Notes under the pieces: model-generated
The model's database searches: none
What the model saw: only the letters and a program-made list of their open reading frames with translations
Told to the model about the DNA's origin: nothing
Program-made: the position numbers and the translations under genes
Shown: positions 9,002 through 18,185 of the stretch, one piece after another
Layout of the letters: every line of letters starts with the position of its first letter
Position numbering within the stretch: position 1 is the stretch's first letter
Source: a virus
Lineage: Duplodnaviria; Heunggongvirae; Uroviricota; Caudoviricetes
DNA: 64,000 nucleotides
Strand: one strand, 5' to 3'
IMG/VR virus record: IMGVR_UViG_2693429768_000001
Coordinates: 12,099 to 76,098 of that record

Positions 9002-10729
9002 TTACTCAGAGTCACCGGCATCAATCGTGTCGCCGCTTATAAAGTTAAGCCCGCCTTTTTTGGCCATTGTCAGCGTTACACGAGTGAAGTAATCAGCGCC
9101 GTTGCGTGGGTGCATATCGTTGATAGCCGAACCCCACAGCGTGGTACGGTTGACCAGCGCCGGAGTGGTCGGATGCTGGAACGGGATGGCCGGGACAGCA
9201 TCACCAGTCACGAAGCCTGCTTTACCCGGATTTTCATCACGGACGTAGCACAGCACATCCATCGAGCTGAACTGAATGTTCTCTGTCGTTAAGTTCTTAC
9301 AAATACCAGCAGGTACTTCGTACACTTTCACGTTACCGAACAGGGTACCGATGTAGTGAACATACGGAGTCTGGATATAGTCTTCGGCTGGCTGGAAGAA
9401 ATCCTTCGGCAACTGTTTGAAGAAAGATGCTGCATCAGCACCAGCAAACATCCCCATCGCACCAGAAGATTTAACGCGCTCAATAATGTCGCGATATACA
9501 GTCTGGAATTTGCCACGAATGATGGTTGCCCATACATCAAAGGACTGGTTAACCGGCAGAGCGATGTCAAAGGTGTCGGTCGCAAGAGTACGCCAGATCA
9601 TGATGCGGAGACGCAACATATCCTGTTCATGGGACAGGTATTCTTTCAGGGTGCGGAACTGTAGGGAACCCAGGTCCAGACCAAATTCACGCTGTGCTTC
9701 ATACGCTGCCTGTACCGTGTGCTCAGCCGCGATAACGAACTGGCTTGGGAACAGGGTGTATTTCTTCATTTCGTGGTTGATCAGCGGGATCAGCTCAGGA
9801 GCGGCTTCAATATTGATTTCCGTCTCAATTGCGATCTCAGTGCCTTTATCCGGCGCTTTGGAGAACGACAGGGCAATCTGACCAATGTTGTAGTTCAGAG
9901 AGCAGGTAACAGTGATTTGCTCACCAGCAGCATTAGTAAACGAGTGAAGTAGGCTGCCGGAACCGTTATCAACAACAGACTTAATACGGTTAACGTAGAT
10001 GTTAGTGCGACCTTTTCGGATTGGTACATTCTGGCCTTCGAAGTCTTCCATCTTGAAGGTTGCGGTTTTGCTGGTGCCATCGGAGCTTGCCACCAGCACA
10101 TAGCGGCGGCGTAACTGGCTGTACACACCGACGGATTGCATGTCCAGAACATCACCAGCAGCATAAGAACCAAAAGAGGAACCTGCCACGTTAAAGACTT
10201 CATAGATGTCGGACTGGTCACGCGTAACCGGAATGAAGGTACACGCATCAGCGGTAGCTGCCCCCAACTGAACAGGCAGGATCATCGCGAGGAATAAAGG
10301 CAGACGCATAACACCGTCAGAAACGCTCATCATCTCTGCTGCGACGGATTCCAGCATCGCTTTATTAGTGGCATCCATGCTATTGCGGGTGGACTCAATC
10401 AGGCAGTTTTCCAGCGTCTGGTGGCAGGAGGCCAGAATTTCCGGACGCGGCATAGATTTATGTGCTGCGGCGTAGTCAGCCAGTGCACTTGCCCACGCTG
10501 TAGCGATTTGAGCGGTGGCATTATCAGAGATACCCGCAAAAACCGGGTCTTTACGTGCAGCTTCAAGGATAGATGCGGCACGCGCGGCATCATCTTTAAT
10601 GAATTGGTTATCAGTACCGAACTGCGCAGTGCTTGCCCAGCCAAGCACAGCTTTAGAGCGTTTTGCGATATCTGCAATACGATTCTGGTATTCGCGTAAG
10701 TTACTCAATTTACTCTTCCTTAAACACAA
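9002..10729 (-). CDS. Large virion structural protein, possibly major head protein (P1 gene 23 position); start uncertain (non-ATG)
   Basis: 575-codon ORF adjacent to parS/parB as gene 23 is in P1. Confidence 0.35.
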   Translation of the reverse strand: MCLRKSKLSNLREYQNRIADIAKRSKAVLGWASTAQFGTDNQFIKDDAARAASILEAARKDPVFAGISDNATAQIATAWASALADYAAAHKSMPRPEILASCHQTLENCLIESTRNSMDATNKAMLESVAAEMMSVSDGVMRLPLFLAMILPVQLGAATADACTFIPVTRDQSDIYEVFNVAGSSFGSYAAGDVLDMQSVGVYSQLRRRYVLVASSDGTSKTATFKMEDFEGQNVPIRKGRTNIYVNRIKSVVDNGSGSLLHSFTNAAGEQITVTCSLNYNIGQIALSFSKAPDKGTEIAIETEINIEAAPELIPLINHEMKKYTLFPSQFVIAAEHTVQAAYEAQREFGLDLGSLQFRTLKEYLSHEQDMLRLRIMIWRTLATDTFDIALPVNQSFDVWATIIRGKFQTVYRDIIERVKSSGAMGMFAGADAASFFKQLPKDFFQPAEDYIQTPYVHYIGTLFGNVKVYEVPAGICKNLTTENIQFSSMDVLCYVRDENPGKAGFVTGDAVPAIPFQHPTTPALVNRTTLWGSAINDMHPRNGADYFTRVTLTMAKKGGLNFISGDTIDAGDSE

Positions 10730-10759
10730 GGCACTTGTGTGAATCCCTTTTCGGAAGAG

Positions 10760-10960
10760 ATTTTATTGAAAGTCACTTGTTGACTTTCTCGCTAAAAGTA
10801 ATTTTTTAAATTTTTTGTGCGGGGGAGGGGGGCAAGTAAAACAGGCGTGAAACCGTGGGAATTTCAGTCTGAAATTTTTCATGAATATCTATATATATCA
10901 TATATTTATACATGAAATAGACGCGGGACATTTTAGACAGGGGAGGGGGCTAAAGCCGCC
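10760..10960. promoter_or_regulatory. parS-like partition site region downstream of parB
   Basis: AT-rich region with atttcag/atttcat heptamer-like boxes and inverted repeats; sequence differs from recalled P1 parS. Confidence 0.4.
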
Positions 10961-10974
10961 TCCCACCAGCGGGA

Positions 10975-11940
10975 TTATTCCCCAGCAGACATTTTCCCAA
11001 TGATTTTTTTTATTGCTTCGTCAATTTCAGTTTGCACTTCAGACGGGAGTCTGGAGAACTCGTAGGCGACAACCCGTTTTTTCGGATCGGACTTCTTTCG
11101 GGCATATTGGCGACGGTCAGAGAAGTCTCGCAGCTTCTCAACCACCACAGATTTAACCGGCGCGGGCTTCAGGCTTTTGCTTTCCGCTTTGAAGATAGCC
11201 AGTATCTTCGCTTTATCCTCTTTCGCGCCCTCAGTCTCTGCAATTCGTTCGCGCACCGTATCAACCAGCTCTTCAATCGGCACGCTTTTAGCGTTAGCAT
11301 CCTCGGCGATCTGGAGCAGTAACTGGTAATCTGGAAGGGCGAGATCGCTGGCTACGGGGAAGACAGCAATCATCTCATCCGGCACCGCGGCAGCCTGGAA
11401 AGCTCGCGTCACTTTAGCCTTTGAAATGTTCTCAGCGCGGGCGATCTCTTCTTTGGTCATGCTCTTACCATACATAACCTCGAAGCGTTTACCCAGTTCG
11501 CGCAGGGTGTGTTCGCGGGCTGTCTGGATATCAATGGCCAGCTGGCGTGCATCCGCCAGGCTGATCTCATCTTTCGTCACCAGAATCTCAAATTTCGTTT
11601 CATTGAAGATACACGCAGCGCGGCGACGTGATCCGTCCAATACCTCAATGCGCTCCCCAACCATACGACCGATAGCCGGGAAGAACTGTTGCAATTTAAT
11701 GGTGCGGGAAATATCGCTTACCGACTCAGGTGTGAGCAGAGACTGATCGCGGCCGTTAACTGCCGGGTCAACGAACGTGCGCGACTCAATCTCACCACTC
11801 AGCACAACGGTAAGCAAAAATTTAGCCTGGCGGCCAGATTTTAGGGTAAAGGTTTTGGTGCCTTCACTGCCTTCAAGCATGCGAGCAAACTCGGAGCTAT
11901 TCTTGCCCAGCACTCGTCCACGGGAAACTATTTTTTTCAT
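10975..11940 (-). CDS. parB: ParB partition protein, P1 family but diverged (321 aa)
   Basis: Conserved blocks shared with P1 ParB (GRDQ..LTP, LDGSRRRA, AKVTRA, YEFSRL) but overall clearly diverged. Confidence 0.85.
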   Translation of the reverse strand: MKKIVSRGRVLGKNSSEFARMLEGSEGTKTFTLKSGRQAKFLLTVVLSGEIESRTFVDPAVNGRDQSLLTPESVSDISRTIKLQQFFPAIGRMVGERIEVLDGSRRRAACIFNETKFEILVTKDEISLADARQLAIDIQTAREHTLRELGKRFEVMYGKSMTKEEIARAENISKAKVTRAFQAAAVPDEMIAVFPVASDLALPDYQLLLQIAEDANAKSVPIEELVDTVRERIAETEGAKEDKAKILAIFKAESKSLKPAPVKSVVVEKLRDFSDRRQYARKKSDPKKRVVAYEFSRLPSEVQTEIDEAIKKIIGKMSAGE

Positions 11941-13148
11941 GCCGCCTCACCCCTAACAAACTCAATTCGATCAAACACAGCCTTAGTGAAACGCTCGGCC
12001 TCGGTTCGTGCCTTCTTCAGCGCCTCTGCACTGCCTGGATACGATTGCGGGTTGGCACTGATTACGGTGTCGAAAGACTCGCCGCATCGCTCAAATCCAT
12101 CCAGACGAGGCAGAGAAGAGTCCAGAATGTTGCTGGCGTAAACCTCACGCGCAAGGCTGTGTGATGTCTCGTGATCGCGCTTGCCGGTCATCTTCGACAT
12201 AAAACCAATGCTGGCGCTTAAACGCGGTTCTACGCCTTCCTCCTCCAGTTGCTCCAGCATTTCTGGCAGACGGGTGAGATATTTCAGTGTTGAGTGGAAG
12301 TCAACCTGGGCTGGTGGGGTAGGGGTAAGCAGCAAATCGCTGGCCGCCAGACCGTTGAGCAGGAACGGATCCAGGTGTGGACCGGTATCAATAAAGATAA
12401 AGTCATAATCATCCGCAACACGATCAATGATATTGCGTCGAAGGATTTCGTACTGATTTTGTCCGGGAAGATGCTCTTCAACCAGCTCTTTCCATTGGCT
12501 GGCAACAAAGCCATCGTCGATAGAGGCTGGAATCACGTCTACGCCAGGAACGATGGTCGGACGAATCACCTCTTTGCGTAGCGTCTCCGCGTCCAGGTCG
12601 TTCAGCATCGCCTGCGCGGCGGTTTCCAGGATGGAACCAATACTGTGAGTATGGTCGAGGAACATTGTGCTGGATGCCTGAGGGTCAAGGTCAATTACCA
12701 GAATGCGCAGATCGTGACGCAGTAAATCCTGATGCACACGCAGAGCGTGCGCCAACGTGACTGTGGAAACCGTTTTGGATACGCCACCCTTCAGGTTTAC
12801 GACAAAAATAACGTAAGGCGATTTGTGAATGTCGCGATATTTTGGGATCTTACGGTGGGCATAGATATCAATGACGTTCTGGATGGTCAGCGCGTACTGT
12901 TCAACGTTACCGACCTGTTTCTTGTTGAACTGGTACCCATCATCTTCCATCTCTTTGATGGCCTGCTCCACAATGCGGCGGCTCAGCTTCGGCAACTTTG
13001 CCACAGCGTTACGAGTGAACGTCTGATAATACTCGGTCTGATTGAACTCTTTGCGCTGATCTTCAATATCCTGACTCATGGCCTTAAGTAATGCGCTTGC
13101 ACGAAGAGCTATGGTGCCGACACCGCCGTAATCGCGTTTCATCATCAT
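11937..13148 (-). CDS. parA: ParA partition ATPase (403 aa)
   Basis: Deviant Walker A KGGVSKT; overlaps parB start; P1 synteny. Confidence 0.9.
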   Translation of the reverse strand: MMMKRDYGGVGTIALRASALLKAMSQDIEDQRKEFNQTEYYQTFTRNAVAKLPKLSRRIVEQAIKEMEDDGYQFNKKQVGNVEQYALTIQNVIDIYAHRKIPKYRDIHKSPYVIFVVNLKGGVSKTVSTVTLAHALRVHQDLLRHDLRILVIDLDPQASSTMFLDHTHSIGSILETAAQAMLNDLDAETLRKEVIRPTIVPGVDVIPASIDDGFVASQWKELVEEHLPGQNQYEILRRNIIDRVADDYDFIFIDTGPHLDPFLLNGLAASDLLLTPTPPAQVDFHSTLKYLTRLPEMLEQLEEEGVEPRLSASIGFMSKMTGKRDHETSHSLAREVYASNILDSSLPRLDGFERCGESFDTVISANPQSYPGSAEALKKARTEAERFTKAVFDRIEFVRGEAA

Positions 13149-13254
13149 CTCCTTATCATTACGTATGAGTGAATTGTACGTTTGATTCTGCTACGTGCAA
13201 CTTATTTTGATTCGTGCGTAAATTATTGCACGTAAAGAAATGGCGATGAGGCTA

Positions 13255-13542
13255 TTAGATGTGTGCTGGAGGGATGATGCAGGACCAGAATGTGCGATAG
13301 AGGGAAGTCGCATTGAATTATGTGTTGTGGAGGGATCGCTGGTATCAAATATGTGCGCTGAAGGGAAAGATAGAAGATTAGATGTGCGCTGGAGGGAAAC
13401 TTGGATGGTTAGATGTGTGCTGGAGGGAATGTCTGGGCAAACTGCGTGGCGCAACCCTCCAGCGCACACCAAAAACAGGAAAATGGGCAGGCATTCCCGG
13501 CAGCGCACATTTTTCAAATGCAGCTGCCCTCCAGCACACACT
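13255..13542. repeat. incA-type iteron array: nine 19-bp RepA-binding repeats (gatgtgtgctggaggga-like), six direct and three inverted
   Basis: Copies read directly at about 13257, 13294, 13320, 13352, 13381, 13412 (+) and 13455, 13496, 13525 (inverted). Confidence 0.8.
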
Positions 13543-14402
13543 TATTCGGGAAGTTTCAGCTTTGGATTGCGAGAATGGACGATTACAAAACTTTCCCGGC
13601 CTTTCTTCTCAATTGAACAGTCGAGATAGCCGATTGTTTTAAGCTGTTCTATCGCTTTCTTAATGATACGGTTTTGCTCGCCAACAGCTGACTGCAAAGC
13701 CAGGCGCTCACGGATTCGCGCGAACGATAGCGGCAACGGGTTCTGCGGAAGGCTTTCGATGAAAGTGTAAATGGCTTGTGCAGCTTCTTTCTTCGGAAGG
13801 GCACGCAAGGCGTGGTGTTGCAACAGAACGCGATAATCAAGCTGGAACAGCTCCCAGAGCTTCGAATCGGCCTCCAGCTCTATCAGATCAAGATCAGCAT
13901 CAAAACGCCCGACCTTCAGAAGACCAGTCTGATAGCCGCCTTTAGCATCTTTTCCGCGCTTAAAAGCGATACCCTTGTTACGCAAGCGTCCAAGTGATTC
14001 ATGAATGGTTAAACGCAGTTTCGCATCCAGACGTTTTGAGGGGAAACCACAGGCTTTAGCGAATTCCTGAAACGATAACTGGATGGTGTTTGAGGACAAG
14101 CCGTATTTGCTGAACGCGTAGATGACACCGATCCACGTTTTGAAATCAGTATCCATATCGAGTCGAGGACCGGTGATTTTAATATCATCGTAACCCTCGG
14201 CTTTAGCTATCTCCAGCTGGGAAAACGCTTTGGTGGCATCAATCTCTTTACTTTCTCCTTTGCTCTTTGATGGCTTCGGAACGAATACCCCCAAGCGCAT
14301 CAATGCTACAGGCTGGACAGTGTTGTTTGAATTAACTGTTAGTTCTTTTGCCTTACTTTCAATGTCTGCGTAAAGAATATCGGAGATAAATGATTGATTC
14401 AT
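13542..14402 (-). CDS. repA: RepA plasmid replication initiator (286 aa)
   Basis: Sequence recognised as P1 RepA (MNQSFISDILYADIESKAKELTV...); flanked by iteron arrays. Confidence 0.9.
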   Translation of the reverse strand: MNQSFISDILYADIESKAKELTVNSNNTVQPVALMRLGVFVPKPSKSKGESKEIDATKAFSQLEIAKAEGYDDIKITGPRLDMDTDFKTWIGVIYAFSKYGLSSNTIQLSFQEFAKACGFPSKRLDAKLRLTIHESLGRLRNKGIAFKRGKDAKGGYQTGLLKVGRFDADLDLIELEADSKLWELFQLDYRVLLQHHALRALPKKEAAQAIYTFIESLPQNPLPLSFARIRERLALQSAVGEQNRIIKKAIEQLKTIGYLDCSIEKKGRESFVIVHSRNPKLKLPE

Positions 14403-14690
14403 ATTACTTTTTCCGAATTGTGTGGATAGTTTTTATAAGTGGTGATAACTACCCAGGCTTTCCCGTCAGCACACATCCTATATCCCGCCAGCACACATTA
14501 GCAACCCGTCAGCACACATTTTTATCCCTCCAGCACACATCGTTTTCCCTCCAGCACACATCGCGATACACTTCTAAGCCAGACGTGGCGCGGCCTGCAA
14601 CGATCAGGGATCTATATGGATCTAATTGGGATCTGTATGGACCTAATTATTGGATCTACCCAGTGGATAATGTGGATAAGTGAAAAACCG
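14403..14690. other. oriR plasmid origin: five incC iterons, GATC heptamer cluster, DnaA boxes
   Basis: Five ccagcacacat(c/t) iterons at about 14458-14562; five GATC sites 14601-14656; tgtggataa-type boxes at 14419-14427 and 14661-14677. Confidence 0.75.
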
Positions 14691-14719
14691 GCCAACATAG
14701 CCGGTTGGAAGGAAGGGTA

Positions 14720-15112
14720 TTATTCTACGCTTTCGATAAGAAGACCATGTTCATAGCATTTAAGCTCATCGCCTTCATACAGGAACTGGTATCCAATACC
14801 ACCATATTCAGGCACATTAGGGAATAACTCATCACTTACCGAAGAACAAATCACACCAATGCAGCGATCAACGCCTTCTCGTTCTTCAGTGCTGAAAAAA
14901 TCCTCTTCGGTAAGAACATGAGTGCATTGCTCATCAGCATAGGTCGGAAATACATGCTCGATGCAATCCGGGTGTTTTAAACCAAGCTGATCGGCAAGCT
15001 CGAAAGCATGACGGTATTGTTCAGATCCTGGCTTGCCAACAGTGATTTGCTCAATTTTGTAGATTGAAGTCGCTTTGTTGATAGTTTGCTTTACTGTTAC
15101 TTTATCAGACAT
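14720..15112 (-). CDS. Hypothetical protein (130 aa)
   Basis: ORF downstream of the spanin-like pair; no motif recognised. Confidence 0.35.
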   Translation of the reverse strand: MSDKVTVKQTINKATSIYKIEQITVGKPGSEQYRHAFELADQLGLKHPDCIEHVFPTYADEQCTHVLTEEDFFSTEEREGVDRCIGVICSSVSDELFPNVPEYGGIGYQFLYEGDELKCYEHGLLIESVE

Positions 15113-15123
15113 AAAAATCCCTT

Positions 15124-15456
15124 TTAGTTACCGCTGATAGCGCGGTTGTAATCATTAACGTTGCGATTCTTCCTGTTAATCCCCATCAGCATCGTTTCTG
15201 TATCAAGGATATAGGCTGGCAGATCATCAAAATATTCACTGCTAAACTCTGGCATCCTGCACATAAATGCACTTTTGGGGGCAGGGTGATTAACCTTTGT
15301 CGGCGTCGGCGTTAAATTCGCTGATCGACTCCCGGAGCAACCGCTGAGTGTCAACAGGAATGCGCTGGCGAACACTACCCGACGCAACCAGTTGTTTCTG
15401 AACTTCAGCTTTTCGTTCCATTTGTCTGTCTGCATACTTCGCTTGTTCTGATTCAT
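15124..15456 (-). CDS. Outer-membrane lipoprotein, o-spanin-like (Rz1-like), partly overlapping the upstream gene in another frame
   Basis: Lipobox LTLSGC, proline-rich mature part (PTPTKVNHPAPKS), one further Cys; SD AGGAAG. Confidence 0.4.
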   Translation of the reverse strand: MNQNKRSMQTDKWNEKLKFRNNWLRRVVFASAFLLTLSGCSGSRSANLTPTPTKVNHPAPKSAFMCRMPEFSSEYFDDLPAYILDTETMLMGINRKNRNVNDYNRAISGN

Positions 15457-15712
15457 TTTTCACTTCCTGGCTGTGAAAATGTTGATCCGCTTTATTCATC
15501 GTCTCAATGGTCTGGTTAAGATCAATGATTGACTTATCGCGCTCCTTAACAGCCTGATCAAGGCTGCCAATTTTTTCCAAGGCTTGCTTTAACTGATAAC
15601 GTTCCCATGCAAACCCAGCACCAACAAGTACGCAAATCAGGACAAGAACACCAGTAACAGCAAGTTTCTCCTTCAAAGACAAAGCTGTTTTTAACGTTGA
15701 AAAAAACGACAT
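15290..15712 (-). CDS. i-spanin-like (Rz-like) protein: N-terminal TM helix plus periplasmic coiled coil (140 aa)
   Basis: TM segment LAVTGVLVLICVLVGAGFAW then charged helical region; strong SD AGGAGG; overlapped by lipoprotein ORF. Confidence 0.45.
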   Translation of the reverse strand: MSFFSTLKTALSLKEKLAVTGVLVLICVLVGAGFAWERYQLKQALEKIGSLDQAVKERDKSIIDLNQTIETMNKADQHFHSQEVKNESEQAKYADRQMERKAEVQKQLVASGSVRQRIPVDTQRLLRESISEFNADADKG

Positions 15713-15751
15713 TTCTTCCTCCTGAAGAAAAATTATCTGTGAAGTCCTTTG

Positions 15752-16597
15752 TTAAAGTGTCGCCTTGTTTAATTCATCAAGAACAGAATCAGGAACCAAA
15801 GCTGCGACTGCGCTGGCGGTGCTGGCCTTATTTGCTGATGCTTCCGCCAGCGCGGTTCCGATAGCATGGTTATAAGCAGTTATGGCTACGCTGGCGCTTT
15901 CCTTCGCTCGTTCATACTGCTGTTGCAATGCTGCTACCGGTACTGTTGTCTGGTCGAAAAAAGCACCAAATTGTTCAGTAGCTTCCTTCAGTGCTTCAAC
16001 TTGTTGTTCTGTCAGTGCTGGTGGGGGAGTCACTGCGCCGCCACCTGAATCAGAGCCTAACGAGCTTCCTGAGCCTGTGTTAAGGGTCTGGTTAATGTCC
16101 CCCATAGCAGCGACTAAACTCGACGCATTAAGCGCATTTACAGCGTCCTCAAGCGATTTCGTTGTAGTCGCGTCACCAATGGCAATAGAGATCGGCAGTT
16201 CTGAAACTTCTCGCTCATTAGCACGACAGTAAACATCCCAACCAATATCGAGTTGAAGGAGCATTGACAGATCAGCATAACCAGCCAACAGGTCCGCGTG
16301 CTGAGTTGCCAGTTCTCCAATGTTCGTTAAGCCGGTTGTGGTTGTTCTGATCGTTGAAACATAGCTGGTAATAGTGTCGGGATAGACAATTGTATCCAGA
16401 ATTAATCCGGTCAATTCTTCTGCAAGCAGTTTTGCTGTGTTAGCACTGTTTCGTGCCGATGTTATGGCACCAGGTGTTTTCATCCCACCGGCGGCGGCCA
16501 ATTTTTTATATGCGGATAACTGGTAGTCTTTTTCCAGCATGATATCTCCTAACTTACCTGAACCAGGCCGTCTCCGGACGCTACGGTAGATCCGCAT
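15752..16597 (-). CDS. Hypothetical protein with Gly/Ser-rich linker; start uncertain
   Basis: ORF only. Confidence 0.3.
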   Translation of the reverse strand: MRIYRSVRRRPGSGKLGDIMLEKDYQLSAYKKLAAAGGMKTPGAITSARNSANTAKLLAEELTGLILDTIVYPDTITSYVSTIRTTTTGLTNIGELATQHADLLAGYADLSMLLQLDIGWDVYCRANEREVSELPISIAIGDATTTKSLEDAVNALNASSLVAAMGDINQTLNTGSGSSLGSDSGGGAVTPPPALTEQQVEALKEATEQFGAFFDQTTVPVAALQQQYERAKESASVAITAYNHAIGTALAEASANKASTASAVAALVPDSVLDELNKATL

Positions 16598-16833
16598 GAA
16601 ACAGGGTCACCAACGCATACGATCCCTTTACCATTGACGGTAAACCATGCCCTGGTTGATATAGCTTGCCCACCGTGCGTACTGTTTCCATCGGTATGCT
16701 GTGCATATTGCTTACCATCAACTAACACTTCGACTCCGTTGACTTTAAGTAGTGGTTCACTCTCTACAGGAGGCCTGGATGGGAATCCTCCGTGCCCCGA
16801 ACAAATGCTGTCTTTTGTTGCAATACTTGCCAC
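16549..16833 (-). CDS. PAAR-like small protein (94 aa)
   Basis: Repeated G-rich motifs with conserved His/Cys (CSGHGG, STHGG, VGDPVSCG) resembling PAAR repeats. Confidence 0.35.
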   Translation of the reverse strand: MASIATKDSICSGHGGFPSRPPVESEPLLKVNGVEVLVDGKQYAQHTDGNSTHGGQAISTRAWFTVNGKGIVCVGDPVSCGSTVASGDGLVQVS

Positions 16834-16914
16834 GCCATCACCAATTATTTGCTCTGATTTTCGTTATTTTAACTTAAGTTATTTGTGGGCTGTATGGCGT
16901 TTACTTATTACAAA

Positions 16915-16931
16915 ATTGCTCTAATAAATAT
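16915..16931 (+). promoter_or_regulatory. C1 operator-like 17-mer (attgctctaataaatat)
   Basis: 16/17 match to operator consensus, immediately upstream of the + strand gene at 16931. Confidence 0.5.
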
Positions 16932-17287
16932 TGTTTTTTGTGTCGTATTTTCGGTACCATTCAGCCATCGCCCTTCAATGGGCATTTGTTTGGAGTCGTC
17001 AGATGCAGATGGAGCTAATAAGCCGCAAAGAGTTCGATAGCCGTGTAACCAGCGGTGAACTCGACAACTTGCAGGCTATCAAGGTGAAAGAAGGCTTTTG
17101 CCTCATTGGGAATCAGAGCGGAACAAATCGCGTTTTTATGCTTCGCCGTACGGATTTGAAGCCATTTGTCTGGAAGAACGAAATTGGTCCCAGCTCATAC
17201 GCTCAAACGAGGGGGTGCCACAACCTGGCCTTTTTCTACAAAGACGAGCTTTCTGTGGTTGATATTCAAGGGTTACAACATGTTTAA
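16931..17287 (+). CDS. Hypothetical protein upstream of hrdC (P1 uhr position)
   Basis: ORF and position only. Confidence 0.3.
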   Translation: MFFVSYFRYHSAIALQWAFVWSRQMQMELISRKEFDSRVTSGELDNLQAIKVKEGFCLIGNQSGTNRVFMLRRTDLKPFVWKNEIGPSSYAQTRGCHNLAFFYKDELSVVDIQGLQHV

Positions 17288-18185
17288 GCACTGGAAAAAC
17301 ATTACTATTTATAAACTTTCTCGTGAGGCGGATCTGACCGACTTAGAAGATAAAAAGAAAATGATCCTTTTCACGCCATGCGGTAGTCAGGATATGGCCA
17401 AGTTCGGTTTTGTATCTCCATTTGGTGATAATTCCGAAGTTATCGCTATGCATGGAAATGGTTTTATCCTTGTTGAAGCAAAGCGCGAAACAAAAATTCT
17501 TCCCCCGCCGGTTATCCAGCGAGCTATTCAAGAAAAAATTGAAAAACTTGAGCAAGAACAAGCGCGTAAACTGAAGAAAACAGAGAAGGACTCCCTGAAA
17601 GACGAAGTTCTGCATTCTCTTCTGCCACGGGCTTTTTCAAAGTTTTCTGTTATCCAGGCGATCTACGACGGTTCAACTAAACGTATCTATATCAATGCCA
17701 GCTCGCGGCAGGCAGAGGATATGCTCGCGCTTATGCGTAAATCTCTGGGTTCTCTTCCTGTTGTTCCCCTAAGTGTTGAAAATCCCATTGAATTAACGCT
17801 GACCGACTGGGTACGTGATGGTAGTGCTCCACAGGGATTTCAAATGGGGGATGCGGCAGAACTTAAGGCAGTGCTTGAGGATGGCGGTATTGCCCGAGTG
17901 AAAAAGCAGGATTTGGGAAGCGATGAAATTTCCACACACCTGGAAGCTGGCAAGCTCGTTACTAAGTTGGCACTCGACTGGCAGAACCGCATTAAATTTA
18001 CACTGGACCATAACTTCAGCCTTACCAGCGTCAAATTTGCGGATGAATTGCTTGAGCAGAACTCTGATATTGATAGTGAAGATGTTGCGCAGCGACTGGA
18101 CGCAGATTTCTTCCTGTTGACCAGTGAAATTTCGTGCCTGGTTGATGCTCTGGTAAATGCCCTTGGTGGAGAGGCTAAGCAGTGA
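17280..18185 (+). CDS. hrdC: RdgC-like recombination-associated protein (P1 HrdC), 301 aa
   Basis: Strong similarity to recalled E. coli RdgC ([43 protein letters not shown]). Confidence 0.85.
   Translation: MFKHWKNITIYKLSREADLTDLEDKKKMILFTPCGSQDMAKFGFVSPFGDNSEVIAMHGNGFILVEAKRETKILPPPVIQRAIQEKIEKLEQEQARKLKKTEKDSLKDEVLHSLLPRAFSKFSVIQAIYDGSTKRIYINASSRQAEDMLALMRKSLGSLPVVPLSVENPIELTLTDWVRDGSAPQGFQMGDAAELKAVLEDGGIARVKKQDLGSDEISTHLEAGKLVTKLALDWQNRIKFTLDHNFSLTSVKFADELLEQNSDIDSEDVAQRLDADFFLLTSEISCLVDALVNALGGEAKQ

Noticed and set aside
13191-13642. Several overlapping ORFs on both strands whose translations repeat MCAGG... / CWRE... motifs
   Set aside because: They are artefacts of translating the incA iteron array; the repeats are RepA-binding sites, not coding sequence.
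13255-14565. Possible CRISPR array suggested by short direct repeats
   Set aside because: Repeats are 19-bp iterons with irregular spacing and mixed orientation flanking repA; no cas genes; architecture matches a P1-type replicon.
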